From the NCBI GenBank assembly GCA_003209955.1, contig QCOD01000006.1, positions 15,167-79,166 of the forward strand: a DNA stretch of 64,000 nucleotides. The letters are read 5' to 3'. Numbering within the stretch: position 1 is the stretch's first letter; each line of letters starts with the position of its first letter. The notes beneath the pieces were generated by a model that saw only the letters and a list, made by a program, of their open reading frames with translations, did no database searches and was not told where the DNA came from. Position numbers and translations under genes: made by a program. This stretch comes from OCS116 cluster bacterium AG-430-B22 (GTDB taxonomy: Bacteria > Pseudomonadota > Alphaproteobacteria > MED-G09). Positions 13,578 through 24,408 of this stretch are shown piece after piece.

Positions 13578-13591
13578 AAAAAGAGGTAAAT

Positions 13592-13897
13592 ATGGCAAAA
13601 GTTAGTTTAGTTCAAAGAGATTTAAAAAGAAGAAAACTCTGGAACAAATATAAAGAAAAAAGAGCAAGTCTTTTGGCTATTGCAAATGATAAGTCATCTT
13701 CGGCAGAGGAGAGATTTGAAGCTAGATTAAAATTATCAAAGCTACCAAGAAATTCTTCTAAGTCACGCATAAGAAATAGATGTTCTTTAACCGGTAGACC
13801 TAGAGCAGTTTACAGAAAATTTGGTTTGTCAAGAATAGCGCTAAGAGAGTTAGCTTCTGATGGAAAACTACCTGGTGTAGTGAAATCAAGTTGGTGA
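13592..13897 (+). CDS. rpsN: 30S ribosomal protein S14 (long, zinc-independent type)
   Basis: [19 protein letters not shown]. Confidence 0.99.
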   Translation: MAKVSLVQRDLKRRKLWNKYKEKRASLLAIANDKSSSAEERFEARLKLSKLPRNSSKSRIRNRCSLTGRPRAVYRKFGLSRIALRELASDGKLPGVVKSSW

Positions 13898-13904
13898 GGT
13901 ACTG

Positions 13905-14303
13905 ATGAATATAAATGATCCAATAGGAGATATGATTACTAGAATTCGTAATGCTCATTTACGAGGTAAAGATACTGTAGATTCTCCAAGTTCAAATTTA
14001 AGAATTAATATCTTAGAGGTTTTACAGGACGAAGGGTTTATTAGGGGTTTTTCTACTACTGATTACGATAATGGGAGAACTGAAGTTCAGATCGATTTAA
14101 AATATCATGAAGGTGAACCAGTTATTAAAGAAATTATCAGAGTCTCAAAACCAGGTAGAAGAGTATATTCTTCAGTAAAAGGAATGAATCTAGTTCGTAA
14201 TGGTTTAGGTATTTCAATTTTATCAACTCCAAAAGGAGTTATGTCCGATAAGTCAGCAAGAACTAATAATGTTGGTGGTGAAGTTTTGTGTACTGTTTTT
14301 TAA
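13905..14303 (+). CDS. rpsH: 30S ribosomal protein S8
   Basis: [27 protein letters not shown]. Confidence 0.99.
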   Translation: MNINDPIGDMITRIRNAHLRGKDTVDSPSSNLRINILEVLQDEGFIRGFSTTDYDNGRTEVQIDLKYHEGEPVIKEIIRVSKPGRRVYSSVKGMNLVRNGLGISILSTPKGVMSDKSARTNNVGGEVLCTVF

Positions 14304-14316
14304 TTAGTGTGTTGTT

Positions 14317-14850
14317 ATGTCAAGAATAGGTCAAAAGATTATAGAAATTCCAGATAATGTTGAAGCTATTTTAGGTCAAGATGAAATAAAACTGACTGGT
14401 CCTAAAGGTGAGCTTTCTACACCAATCTTTGAAGGTGCAAATATTGAAATTGCTGATAAAACTATAACTGTAAATAAAAATGAAAATAATCCAGATTTTT
14501 CAAAAAATTGGGGTCTTCAAAGAACTCTTATATCAAATAGTATTATTGGAGTAAGTGAAGGTTTTTCAAAAAAACTTGAGATCAACGGTGTTGGTTATAG
14601 AGCTCAAATGAAAGGTAGCAATATTCAATTATCACTTGGCTTTAGTCATGATGTTAATTATGAAACTCCAGATGGAATAAAAATTGAAACACCATCACAA
14701 ACAGAAATTATAATAAGTGGTATAGACAAACAAAAAGTTGGTCAAGTAGCCGCTGAAATAAGAGCTTTTAGGCCACCAGAACCATACAAAGGTAAAGGTG
14801 TAAAATATGAAGATGAATACATTTTTAGAAAAGAAGGCAAGAAAAAGTAA
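14317..14850 (+). CDS. rplF: 50S ribosomal protein L6
   Basis: MSRIG, PEPYKGKG. Confidence 0.99.
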   Translation: MSRIGQKIIEIPDNVEAILGQDEIKLTGPKGELSTPIFEGANIEIADKTITVNKNENNPDFSKNWGLQRTLISNSIIGVSEGFSKKLEINGVGYRAQMKGSNIQLSLGFSHDVNYETPDGIKIETPSQTEIIISGIDKQKVGQVAAEIRAFRPPEPYKGKGVKYEDEYIFRKEGKKK

Positions 14851-14854
14851 TTAA

Positions 14855-15205
14855 ATGACAAAGTTAGATAGGGATATAAGAAGACAAAACCGTGTAAGAA
14901 AAGATCTAAAAGCTAGAGCTACTGATAAATGTAGATTAACAGTTTTTAGATCATCAAAACATATTTATGCACAGATAATTGATGATATTTCAGGAAAAAC
15001 AATTGTATCTGCTTCATCTCTAAGTAAAGACTTTAAGGAAAAAGGAAGTGACATCAACGGAGCTTCCAAAGTTGGAGTTTTAATTGGCGAAAAAGGAATT
15101 AGTGCAGGTATCAAGGATGTTTTTTTCGATAGAGGTAGATATAGATACCATGGACGAGTAAAAGCTCTAGCTGAAGGAGCTAGGGAAGCAGGACTAATTT
15201 TTTAG
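14855..15205 (+). CDS. rplR: 50S ribosomal protein L18
   Basis: HIYAQIIDD, YHGRVKALA. Confidence 0.98.
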   Translation: MTKLDRDIRRQNRVRKDLKARATDKCRLTVFRSSKHIYAQIIDDISGKTIVSASSLSKDFKEKGSDINGASKVGVLIGEKGISAGIKDVFFDRGRYRYHGRVKALAEGAREAGLIF

Positions 15206-15214
15206 GAGAGTATT

Positions 15215-15766
15215 TTGGCTTTAGAAGATAAAAATTTTCAAGATAGTGATAGCGAGTTTATTGATAAATTAGTATTTATTAATAGAGTTGCAACTGTTGT
15301 AAAGGGCGGTAGAAGATTCAGTTTTGCAGCATTAGTTGTAGCTGGAAATCAAAAAGGTCATGTTGGTTTTGGTCATGGTAAAGCTAGAGAAGTTCCAGAA
15401 GCTGTAAAGAAAGCAACTGACTCAGCAAAAAATTCATTAATTAAAGTTCCTTTAAAAGAAGGAAGAACTCTTCATCATGATATTGAGGGTCGTCATGGTG
15501 CAGGTAAGGTGATTTTAAGAGCTGCACCTCCAGGAACAGGAATAATATCAGGTGGTCCAATGCGTGCTGTTTTTGAAGTTTTAGGAGTGCAGGATGTAGT
15601 TGCAAAATCTATCGGTTCATCTAATCCATATAATATGGTTCGAGCAACTATTGATGCACTTTCAAAAATAGATAGCCCAAGACAAGTTGCTGCAAGAAGA
15701 AATAAAAAAGTAAGTGAAGTTTTTTCTAAAATTGATAATGAGGAAGAAGTTGCTGGTGAGGCGTAA
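15215..15766 (+). CDS. rpsE: 30S ribosomal protein S5
   Basis: [14 protein letters not shown]; TTG start with SD AGGAG. Confidence 0.99.
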   Translation: MALEDKNFQDSDSEFIDKLVFINRVATVVKGGRRFSFAALVVAGNQKGHVGFGHGKAREVPEAVKKATDSAKNSLIKVPLKEGRTLHHDIEGRHGAGKVILRAAPPGTGIISGGPMRAVFEVLGVQDVVAKSIGSSNPYNMVRATIDALSKIDSPRQVAARRNKKVSEVFSKIDNEEEVAGEA

Positions 15767-15949
15767 ATGAAGAAAATAAAAGTTAAACAAATTTCTAGTT
15801 CAGTCAGAAGACAACCTTACCAGAAAAAAAATTTAATAGGTTTAGGTCTAAATAAGCTGAATAAAACTGTAGAATTAGATGATACGCCATCAATTAGAGG
15901 TATGATAAATAAAGTTAGCCATTTGGTTGAAGTTATTTCAGAGGAATAA
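15767..15949 (+). CDS. rpmD: 50S ribosomal protein L30
   Basis: [17 protein letters not shown]. Confidence 0.97.
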   Translation: MKKIKVKQISSSVRRQPYQKKNLIGLGLNKLNKTVELDDTPSIRGMINKVSHLVEVISEE

Positions 15950-15951
15950 TT

Positions 15952-16572
15952 ATGAGATTAAACGAATTAAAAGATAATTCAGGATCAAGAAAATCAAGAA
16001 CCAGAGTCGGAAGAGGTATAGGTTCGGGTAAAGGAAAAACAGCCGGTAGAGGCCATAAAGGTCAAAAATCAAGATCAGGAGTTGCTATTAAAGGCTTTGA
16101 AGGCGGACAAATGCCTATTCATATGCGTTTACCAAAAAGAGGCTTTAATAATTATACTAAAAAGAAATATACTGAGATTACTACTGGTAAACTTCAATCC
16201 TATATTGATAATGGATTTTTAAAAATTGATAAAGAGATAACTGAAACTGATTTTGTTTCTTCTTGTTCAATTAAAAAAAGTCCAAATGGTTTTAAATTAT
16301 TAAATAAAGGTGAATTGAAATCTAAAATTAATTTATCAATTTCTAAAGCTACAAAATCTTCTATTGAGTTAATCCAATCATTAGGTGGTAATATTAATAT
16401 TCTTGAAACACCTAAAACAAAAAGAAATAGAAAAATTACAAAAAAAACTAATAAAACCAATATAGAAGAGAATGCTTCAGAGGATAATGAAGTTATAGAA
16501 AATGATGCTGCTAAAGATAATATTGAATCTCAAAATGAAGATAATACAACTGAGGATAAGGAAGGATCATAG
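15952..16572 (+). CDS. rplO: 50S ribosomal protein L15 with long C-terminal extension
   Basis: GRGIGSGKGKT, FEGGQMP; 206 aa. Confidence 0.98.
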   Translation: MRLNELKDNSGSRKSRTRVGRGIGSGKGKTAGRGHKGQKSRSGVAIKGFEGGQMPIHMRLPKRGFNNYTKKKYTEITTGKLQSYIDNGFLKIDKEITETDFVSSCSIKKSPNGFKLLNKGELKSKINLSISKATKSSIELIQSLGGNINILETPKTKRNRKITKKTNKTNIEENASEDNEVIENDAAKDNIESQNEDNTTEDKEGS

Positions 16573-17910
16573 ATGGCATCTGTCGCTGAACAGTTAGCTT
16601 CAAATATAAGTTTTTCTGCATTTAGGAATGCAACTGAGTTAAAGAAAAGAATTTGGTTTACCCTTTTAGCTCTTTTGGTTTATCGTTTGGGCACATATTT
16701 GCCTTTACCTGGAATCAATATTGATACTTTAAGACAAATTTTTGAGCAAAACCAATCAGGTATTATTGGAATATTTAATATGTTTGCTGGTGGTGCTGTA
16801 GGCAGAATGGCAATCTTATCTCTAGGTATTATGCCATATATAACTTCATCCATTATAATACAGCTTGTTGTTCCTGTTGTACCAAAATTAAACTATTTAA
16901 AAAAAGAGGGCGGAGAGCAAGGAAGAAGACAAATAAATCAGTATACGAGATACGGAACTGTTTTTTTAGCAACGATTCAGGCGTGGGGAATAGCTGTAGG
17001 CTTAGAAGGTGCATCGGGTGTTGTTATTGATCCTGGTCTTTTCTTTAAAATATCAGCTGTAATAACATTAGTTGGTGGAACAATCTTTTTAATGTGGTTA
17101 GGTGAACAAATTACATCAAGAGGGTTAGGAAATGGAATCTCTCTTCTTATATTTGCTGGCATTATAGCTGAGTTGCCAGCTGCTTTATTTGGTACGCTTC
17201 AGTTAGGTAGACAGGGGGCGTTATCGGGTGCCTTGATTATAGGTTTAGTTTTTTTAGTAATTATCATACTTACATTTGTAGTTTTTATGGAAAGGGCTCA
17301 AAGAAGACTAATTGTTCAATATCCAAAAAGACAAGTGGGTAATAAAATGTTTGGTGGTGACAATTCTCACCTACCTTTAAAACTTAATACTGCCGGTGTT
17401 ATCCCGCCTATTTTTGCTTCATCTTTGCTTCTAATGCCAATTACAATTGCTAACTTTTCAACTGGAGAAGGACAAGGTTGGTTGAATACGATCACTGCTA
17501 TGTTAGGAAGAGGTCAAACTCTATATATGCTGATATATGCAAGCTTGATAATTTTCTTTTGTTATTTTTATACTGCTATTGTTTTTAATCCTTCAGATAC
17601 TGCAGATAACTTGAAAAAACAAGGTGGTTTTATACCTGGTATAAGGCCTGGAGAAAAAACAGCAGAATATATAGATTTTATTTTAAGTAGACTTACCGTT
17701 GTTGGAGCTACATATCTTGTTCTTGTTTGTTTACTACCAGAATTTTTAATTTCAAGATACTCTGTCCCTTTTTATTTTGGAGGAACTTCAATTTTAATTA
17801 TTGTTAATGTTGCAATGGATACAATGACACAATTTCAAGGATATTTGTTTGCGCATCAATATGAAGGTCTTTTGAAAAAATCAAGGTTGGCCTCAAGAAG
17901 AAGATCATGA
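16573..17910 (+). CDS. secY: preprotein translocase SecY
   Basis: LGIMPYITSSII, GFIPGIRPG, GGTSILI; multiple TM segments. Confidence 0.99.
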   Translation: MASVAEQLASNISFSAFRNATELKKRIWFTLLALLVYRLGTYLPLPGINIDTLRQIFEQNQSGIIGIFNMFAGGAVGRMAILSLGIMPYITSSIIIQLVVPVVPKLNYLKKEGGEQGRRQINQYTRYGTVFLATIQAWGIAVGLEGASGVVIDPGLFFKISAVITLVGGTIFLMWLGEQITSRGLGNGISLLIFAGIIAELPAALFGTLQLGRQGALSGALIIGLVFLVIIILTFVVFMERAQRRLIVQYPKRQVGNKMFGGDNSHLPLKLNTAGVIPPIFASSLLLMPITIANFSTGEGQGWLNTITAMLGRGQTLYMLIYASLIIFFCYFYTAIVFNPSDTADNLKKQGGFIPGIRPGEKTAEYIDFILSRLTVVGATYLVLVCLLPEFLISRYSVPFYFGGTSILIIVNVAMDTMTQFQGYLFAHQYEGLLKKSRLASRRRS

Positions 17911-18485
17911 TAATTATTTTGTTAGGGCCTCCAGGGTCTGGAAAAGGCACACAAGCAAACTTTATTCAAAATAAATTATCTATACCTCATTTATCTACTG
18001 GAGATATTTTAAGGCAATCAGTTAAAAATGAAACTGATCTAGGTAATAAAGTAAAAAATATAATGGCTAGAGGTGAATTAGTCTCTGATGATTTAGTTTT
18101 AAATGTTATTAAAGAAAGAGTTTCAGAAAATGATTGTGATCAAGGTTTTATTTTAGATGGATATCCAAGAAATATTATTCAAGCAAAATCATTAAATATA
18201 GTTTTAAAAGATATTGATAGAAATATAGATAGAATTTTATTTTTAGATGTTGATTTTTCAATTCTTCAATCAAGAATCGAGACAAGATCTAAGGAAAATA
18301 ATGATGAAAAAAGAGCTGATGATACATCAGAAGTTCTAATTAAGAGACTAGATGAATATAAAGCTCAAACAGAACCTTTGAGCGAGTATTATAGAAATAA
18401 TAAAAAATTTAAGAAAATCAATGGGATGAAGTCTATAAGTGAAGTTTCACTTGATATTGAAAATTTTTTGGATAATGGCATTTAG
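17907..18485 (+). CDS. adk: adenylate kinase (short-LID type)
   Basis: GPPGSGKGT, LDGYPR, RADD. Confidence 0.98.
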   Translation: MIIILLGPPGSGKGTQANFIQNKLSIPHLSTGDILRQSVKNETDLGNKVKNIMARGELVSDDLVLNVIKERVSENDCDQGFILDGYPRNIIQAKSLNIVLKDIDRNIDRILFLDVDFSILQSRIETRSKENNDEKRADDTSEVLIKRLDEYKAQTEPLSEYYRNNKKFKKINGMKSISEVSLDIENFLDNGI

Positions 18486-18489
18486 TTGG

Positions 18490-18517
18490 TTGACTGTAAG
18501 GAATTGAAGGCTATAAT
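18490..18517 (+). promoter_or_regulatory. sigma70 promoter for the alpha operon
   Basis: TTGACT, 16 nt, TATAAT upstream of rpsM. Confidence 0.7.
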
Positions 18518-18561
18518 CCGCAAATTCATCAGTTTGTAAAAAATTATTTTCGGAGGCTAGA

Positions 18562-18936
18562 TTGGCTCGTATTTCAGGTGTAAATATACCCACAAATAAG
18601 AAGGTTTCCGTAGGTTTAACTTATATTCACGGTATTGGTGATAAATCAGCATTAAATATATGTGAAAAAGCTGGAATTGATAAAGATAAAAGGGTTAATG
18701 AACTTCTTGAAACTGAAGTAATCCAGATTAGAGAAATCATTGATGGTTCATATAAAGTTGAAGGTGAGCTTAGAAGAGATATTTCTTCTAATATTAAAAG
18801 ACTAATGGATTTAGGAAATTATAGAGGATTAAGACATAGAAGGGGTCTTCCTGTTAGAGGGCAAAGAACCCATACCAATGCTAGAACTCGAAAAGGTCCT
18901 GCCAAAGCAATAGCTGGTAAAAAGAAAACGGCTTAA
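18562..18936 (+). CDS. rpsM: 30S ribosomal protein S13
   Basis: [18 protein letters not shown]; TTG start, SD GGAGG. Confidence 0.99.
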   Translation: MARISGVNIPTNKKVSVGLTYIHGIGDKSALNICEKAGIDKDKRVNELLETEVIQIREIIDGSYKVEGELRRDISSNIKRLMDLGNYRGLRHRRGLPVRGQRTHTNARTRKGPAKAIAGKKKTA

Positions 18937-18946
18937 GGAATTAATA

Positions 18947-19336
18947 ATGGCTGAAGATAGTAAAAGAGTAAAAAGGCGTAATAAGAAAAATATTTCTTCA
19001 GGGGTTGCTCATGTTAATTCAACATTTAACAATACTATGATTACTATATCTGATGATAATGGTAATACTATTAGTTGGTCATCTGCAGGTTTGATGGGTT
19101 TCAAAGGATCTAGAAAATCTACCCCTTATGCAGCCCAAATGGCTGCTGAAGACGCAGGAACAAAAGCTTTAGAGCATGGAGTTAAGACCTTAAGAGTAGA
19201 AATACAAGGACCAGGTTCAGGTCGTGAGAGTGCGTTAAGAGCACTACAATCTAGTGGATTCACTATAACGTCTATTAAGGATGTAACATCTATTCCACAT
19301 AATGGGTGTAGACCTCCAAAAAGAAGAAGAGTTTAA
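18947..19336 (+). CDS. rpsK: 30S ribosomal protein S11
   Basis: [20 protein letters not shown]. Confidence 0.99.
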   Translation: MAEDSKRVKRRNKKNISSGVAHVNSTFNNTMITISDDNGNTISWSSAGLMGFKGSRKSTPYAAQMAAEDAGTKALEHGVKTLRVEIQGPGSGRESALRALQSSGFTITSIKDVTSIPHNGCRPPKRRRV

Positions 19337-19369
19337 TTATACAAATTTATATTTTTTAAAGGGGATTTG

Positions 19370-20392
19370 ATGAGTATTGAAAAGAATTGGCGAGAATTAC
19401 TTAAACCTAATGTGGTAAATATGCAGGCTGGATCAGACCCAGAAAAAAAATCTACATTAGTCGTTGAGCCATTAGAAAGAGGATACGGAATAACTCTTGG
19501 AAATTCTCTAAGAAGAGTGCTTTTATCTTCTCTGCAAGGGTCTGCGGTTTACGGATTTAAAATTGACGGTGTTTTACATGAGTTTTCATCAATTTCAGGA
19601 GTTAGAGAAGATGTAATTGATATTGCATTAAATATTAAAAAAATAATATTTGGAGCAGATTTTAATGGTAGTAAAATTCTTACACTTGAAAAAATAGGCC
19701 CTGGAGTTGTTACTGCTGGTGATATTTCTTTGGCTGATGACATCGAAGTCATGAATACCGATTTAGTATTATGTACTCTTGATGAAAATATCTCTTTTAG
19801 GATGGAATTGTATATTAAAAATGGCAGTGGTTATGTCTCTGCTGAAGAAAATAGAAATGAAGATGATCCAATAGGTATGATCCCCGTGGACAGTATTTAT
19901 AGTCCAGTAACAAATGTTTCTTATGAAGTTGATAATGCTAGAGAGGGTGAGTTCCTTGATTATGATAGACTGTCTTTATCAATTGAAACCGATGGCTCGA
20001 TAAAACCCGAGGATGCACTTGCTTTCTCTGCTAGAATTTTGATTGATCAACTTAATCCTTTTATTAATTTTGATGAGCCTGAAGAGGAGATTATAGAGGA
20101 AAGCGAGGATGAGTTAGAATTCAATGCATCACTTCTTAAGAAAGTCGATGAACTTGAGTTATCTGTTAGATCAGCTAATTGTTTAAAAAATGATAATATT
20201 GTTTATATTGGTGATTTAATTCTTAAGTCTGAAAATGAAATGTTAAGAACTCCTAATTTTGGAAGAAAATCTCTCAATGAAATTAAAGAAGTATTGACAG
20301 AAATGAATTTATCACTTGGAATGGATATACCAAATTGGCCGCCTGAAAATATTGAAGAATTGGCTAGAAAACATGCTGCAGATAAGTTTTAG
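19370..20392 (+). CDS. rpoA: RNA polymerase alpha subunit
   Basis: [38 protein letters not shown]. Confidence 0.99.
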   Translation: MSIEKNWRELLKPNVVNMQAGSDPEKKSTLVVEPLERGYGITLGNSLRRVLLSSLQGSAVYGFKIDGVLHEFSSISGVREDVIDIALNIKKIIFGADFNGSKILTLEKIGPGVVTAGDISLADDIEVMNTDLVLCTLDENISFRMELYIKNGSGYVSAEENRNEDDPIGMIPVDSIYSPVTNVSYEVDNAREGEFLDYDRLSLSIETDGSIKPEDALAFSARILIDQLNPFINFDEPEEEIIEESEDELEFNASLLKKVDELELSVRSANCLKNDNIVYIGDLILKSENEMLRTPNFGRKSLNEIKEVLTEMNLSLGMDIPNWPPENIEELARKHAADKF

Positions 20393-20400
20393 TTAAAAAA

Positions 20401-20820
20401 ATGCGTCACTTAAAATCAAAAAGAAAACTAAATAAAACTTCAAGCCATAGAAAAGCAATGCTTGGTAATATGGCTGTAGCATTGATAAAGCATGAACAAA
20501 TTCAAACAACTTTACCTAAAGCAAAAGAATTAGCTCCTTTTGTAGATAAACTAATTACACTTGGTAAAAAGGGTGATTTAGCATCAAGAAAAAAAGCATA
20601 TTCTATTCTTCCTGAAAAAAAATGGACATCGAAAATTTTTGATGAACTTTCTGAAAGATATAAAGAAAGAGATGGTGGTTATACACGTGTTTTGAAGGCA
20701 GGATTTCGTTATGGTGACTCAGCACCTATGGCAGTTATAGAATTAGTTGATAGAAATCCAGATGCTTTAGGGCAAGACTCAGGTCCAGATCTTAGTGAGG
20801 AAGTCGAAGAAGTAAGCTAA
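20401..20820 (+). CDS. rplQ: 50S ribosomal protein L17
   Basis: [17 protein letters not shown]. Confidence 0.99.
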   Translation: MRHLKSKRKLNKTSSHRKAMLGNMAVALIKHEQIQTTLPKAKELAPFVDKLITLGKKGDLASRKKAYSILPEKKWTSKIFDELSERYKERDGGYTRVLKAGFRYGDSAPMAVIELVDRNPDALGQDSGPDLSEEVEEVS

Positions 20821-21974
20821 TTTTTTTTAATTATTTTCTGGGCAACATCTATTTGCCCATTAGAAAAACCTGCCTCACAATAAGAAAAATAATAGTTAAA
20901 TAATCTATGAAGATTTCTATCAATGCCAATGGATATCAATTTATCTAAAGAGTTGTTAAAATTAGTCTTCCAAATATTTAGAGTCTTAGCATAAGATTTT
21001 CCAAAAGAATTATTTGATATCTCAATTAAACCGTTATTATTAAAACTTTCTCGAATTTTTTCATGTGAAGGAAGCATTCCCCCAGGAAATATATATTTTT
21101 GAATAAAATCTACAGACTTTCTATAACTATCAAATTGTTTATTATCTATTAAAATCATTTGAATACCTGCTAAGCCGCCTTTTTTAAGGACTTCATTTAT
21201 TTTTGAAAAATAAGTATTCCAATATTTTTCACCTACAGCTTCAATCATTTCAATAGAAATAACTCTATCAAAAGACCCTTTTAAATCTCTATAGTCGCAT
21301 AAATGAACCTCTGAATTTTTCAGGCTATTATTTTTAATTCTATCTTCTGTAAAACTTTTTTGACTCGGACTTATTGTTATACCAGTATAGCTACAGCCAA
21401 GCTCTTTACCGATATATTCAGCCATTCCACCCCACCCACAGCCAATTTCTAAAACATTATGATGTGGTTTAATATCTAATTGTTCAACTAAAGTTTGGTA
21501 TTTATTTATTTGAGCTTCATACAAATCTTCTTTATCATTTTTAAATAAAGCGCTTGAATAAGTCATACTTTTATCAAGCCAAATCTCATAAAAAGAATTA
21601 CCAATATCATAATGATATTCGATATTTTTTTTTGCTCTTATTTTTGTGTTTTTCCTAAGAAAGTGAATAAAACGGTTATATGTTTTGTATAAATTACTTT
21701 TAGCCTTGAATTCATTGGGTAAATTTTGAAGCATTAATTCCAAGAGATTTTCAAGATTTGGGCTTTCCCATTCATTTTTTAAATAACTTTCAGCAAACCC
21801 AAGATGACCGCCTACTAATGTTCTTAATATTGGTTTATAAGATTTTAATATTAATTCACCATGAAGCCCATCCTTTCCTTTAAATAAGAATTCTTCATTA
21901 TTAGGAAATACAACCCTCAATGACCCTTGTTTTATTTTTGATCCAATTTTATTTATATATTTTTTTGTAAACAT
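20817..21974 (-). CDS. cyclopropane-fatty-acyl-phospholipid synthase family SAM methyltransferase (UfaM-like)
   Basis: [43 protein letters not shown]. Confidence 0.9.
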   Translation of the reverse strand: MFTKKYINKIGSKIKQGSLRVVFPNNEEFLFKGKDGLHGELILKSYKPILRTLVGGHLGFAESYLKNEWESPNLENLLELMLQNLPNEFKAKSNLYKTYNRFIHFLRKNTKIRAKKNIEYHYDIGNSFYEIWLDKSMTYSSALFKNDKEDLYEAQINKYQTLVEQLDIKPHHNVLEIGCGWGGMAEYIGKELGCSYTGITISPSQKSFTEDRIKNNSLKNSEVHLCDYRDLKGSFDRVISIEMIEAVGEKYWNTYFSKINEVLKKGGLAGIQMILIDNKQFDSYRKSVDFIQKYIFPGGMLPSHEKIRESFNNNGLIEISNNSFGKSYAKTLNIWKTNFNNSLDKLISIGIDRNLHRLFNYYFSYCEAGFSNGQIDVAQKIIKKN

Positions 21975-21980
21975 TAATTG

Positions 21981-22751
21981 TCAATCACTAAAACTTATAT
22001 CATCAACTTTATTTTTTGGATGAGGCTCAAATTTTACCTTCTTCAGATATAAAAATAAAGCATGAAAGTGTATTCCAAATATAACTTTTAATGTCATTAG
22101 GGGGTATTTAAAAAAAATCTTTATCAAGTTCAGGTCATTTAATTCAACTGACTTTCCATTAAAAGAAGCTAATAATAATGGTTTTTTATCTGTACTTTCT
22201 TTAATAACTATATTAGTAAAATCTTCATTTATTTCTGTAGAAAAATTATACTCAGCATTTAAATTGATAAAAGGAGAAACATGAAATAGTTTTTTTCTTC
22301 TATGATTTAATTTTTGTTCTTCGCTGTCTAACATAAAAACATAAGAATGATCTTCACCAAATGTATTTCTAACTTCATAAATTAAAATTTTAAGCTCTTT
22401 TCTGTCATAAATTGACCAGACTGTAATCGGATTAAATACATAACCCAATATTCTTGGGTAACATAAGCAATATATTTTTAAATTATTTGCCTCGATATCG
22501 ATATCACTTTTTGAGATAATTTCTAAAATCCAGTCTTTTACTGGGGTCCCATTCTTCAATCCATGATCTTTTTCATAAAAAGAGAAAATATTAAATTTAT
22601 TGAATGAAAAGAGATTAAGTTTTTTATCTAAATCTTTTAAATCATCAATATCAATTAACATATTAAAAACATTATATTTAAACTGGTGTTTCTTTTGATG
22701 GTATCTTTTATGAACTACCTGGCCCTCGAATATTAGTGATTTTAACGCCAA
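21981..22751 (-). CDS. DUF1365 family protein (UfaO-like)
   Basis: HKR..HQFKY, PRILGYVFNP, EVRNTFGE, KLFHVSPF; lies between an FAD oxidoreductase and a cfa-like gene. Confidence 0.85.
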   Translation of the reverse strand: MALKSLIFEGQVVHKRYHQKKHQFKYNVFNMLIDIDDLKDLDKKLNLFSFNKFNIFSFYEKDHGLKNGTPVKDWILEIISKSDIDIEANNLKIYCLCYPRILGYVFNPITVWSIYDRKELKILIYEVRNTFGEDHSYVFMLDSEEQKLNHRRKKLFHVSPFINLNAEYNFSTEINEDFTNIVIKESTDKKPLLLASFNGKSVELNDLNLIKIFFKYPLMTLKVIFGIHFHALFLYLKKVKFEPHPKNKVDDISFSD

Positions 22752-23998
22752 GGTATTACTCCATTTAGATGTTCTGATATCATTAAGCTTGATGTTAAAC
22801 CTGCTTCATGAAAACCATTTCCTGTCCATGCACCACAATACCAATAATCCTTATATCCTTGTATATTATCTAATTGTAATTGACCATTAATAGCATTTTC
22901 ATCATAGATTGGATGTTCATAATCAATGATATCAAAGATTTTATCTTCATCTGGTAAATGAAGGGGATTTAATGTAACAAAGATCGGATAACTGTTATCT
23001 ATATTTTGCAACTTATTCATCCAATAAGTTAATGAAACTTTATTTATCTCTTTATCTGAAAATACATTCCAGGATGACCATACTTTTCTATTTTTAGGCA
23101 TTAGAGATGTATCGCAATGTAAATAAGCTTTATTCTTACTTGTTTTAAATAGATTTAAGATATTAATTATTTTGCTGTCGAAGTCATTTTTGATTTCTAG
23201 TATTTTTTCAGGATGAATAGAAAATATTACTTTATCATATTCTCTTTGAATTCCATTTATATCAATTAAAGAAAATTTATTATCATTAGTATTTATTAGC
23301 TGAATTTTTGAGTTTAGCTCTATTTTGATGTTTACTGATTTTAATATTTTATCTATGTAAGATTTACTTCCATTACTAACCGTTAACCATTGTGGCCTCA
23401 ATTTTTTTTCATGTAGAAGTCTATGGTTATTAAAAAAACTAAATAAATTAGAAATAGGGTAATTCAAAATATCATTGAAATTCATTGACCAAATAGCAGC
23501 ACTCATCGGTAAAATATAGCTTTCTTGGAATTGCTTACTAAAATTTTGATTATTCAACCATTTTCCCAATGGTTGTCTCTCTAACGACAATTCGTCAATA
23601 TTATTTTTAACAAATTTATTAAACTTCAAAATATCAATTAAGAATTTCAAAAAATTAATATCAAATATTCTTTTTCGATCAGCAAAAATGGTATTAATAC
23701 TTTTCCCAGACCACTCGATACCATTATTTACATTTGATACTGATAAACTCATATCGCTATCTTCATAAGCAACATTATGAAAATCAAATAATTTCATTAA
23801 GTTGGGATAATTAAGTTTGTTAAAAACTATAAATCCAGTATCAACATTAATTATTTTATTCTTATATTTAATATTTTTTGTATTTGTGTGCCCACCCAAA
23901 TAATCATTCTTTTCATATAAGGTAACATTATTGTTTTCGGATAAAAACAAAGATGCTGATAGACCTGATATACCAGATCCTATAACGGCAATTTCCAA
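22742..23998 (-). CDS. FAD-dependent amine-oxidase-family oxidoreductase (UfaD-like)
   Basis: GSGISG, GGHTNT, VDTGFIVFN..NYPN, YEHP, GAWTGNGFHEAG; TTG start with SD GAGG. Confidence 0.85.
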   Translation of the reverse strand: MEIAVIGSGISGLSASLFLSENNNVTLYEKNDYLGGHTNTKNIKYKNKIINVDTGFIVFNKLNYPNLMKLFDFHNVAYEDSDMSLSVSNVNNGIEWSGKSINTIFADRKRIFDINFLKFLIDILKFNKFVKNNIDELSLERQPLGKWLNNQNFSKQFQESYILPMSAAIWSMNFNDILNYPISNLFSFFNNHRLLHEKKLRPQWLTVSNGSKSYIDKILKSVNIKIELNSKIQLINTNDNKFSLIDINGIQREYDKVIFSIHPEKILEIKNDFDSKIINILNLFKTSKNKAYLHCDTSLMPKNRKVWSSWNVFSDKEINKVSLTYWMNKLQNIDNSYPIFVTLNPLHLPDEDKIFDIIDYEHPIYDENAINGQLQLDNIQGYKDYWYCGAWTGNGFHEAGLTSSLMISEHLNGVIPWR

Positions 23999-24021
23999 AA
24001 TAACCTCACAAATTAATTTTA

Positions 24022-24276
24022 TTATTTATAATCTAATTCTTCTTCGGTTATTTTAGAAGACTCTTCAATTATTATAGGATTAGTTTCAGCTAATGTTTCT
24101 TTTTCAGTAATTTGTTCTTTTTCTTGTTCAACTGAAATTTCTTCAACCTGATTAGTCTTTTTTGTAGCAAGTGAATCACCAGTATAGAATCCTGTAGAAT
24201 TATCACTTGTTTCGCAAGCAATTAAACCAAATAAAACTATATTAATAACAAAGAAATATGATAGAATTTTTTTCAT
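24022..24276 (-). CDS. small acidic lipoprotein, unknown function
   Basis: MKK + hydrophobic stretch + lipobox LIA-C; start ATG 24276 preferred over 24300. Confidence 0.6.
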   Translation of the reverse strand: MKKILSYFFVINIVLFGLIACETSDNSTGFYTGDSLATKKTNQVEEISVEQEKEQITEKETLAETNPIIIEESSKITEEELDYK

Positions 24277-24408
24277 AACAAATACCAAATTGTCTTCCAT
24301 TATACTGATTCCTTATAAAAAATCTAAGAATAAGTTATTTATGTCATCTCTCAATTTCGTATATAATGAATTTTTAATAATTATATTTTCTAATAATTTG
24401 AGGAAAAA

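Noticed and set aside
17907-20820. Absence of rpsD, rpmJ, infA and map around secY/alpha operon, and short-LID adk
   Set aside because: Normal for Alphaproteobacteria
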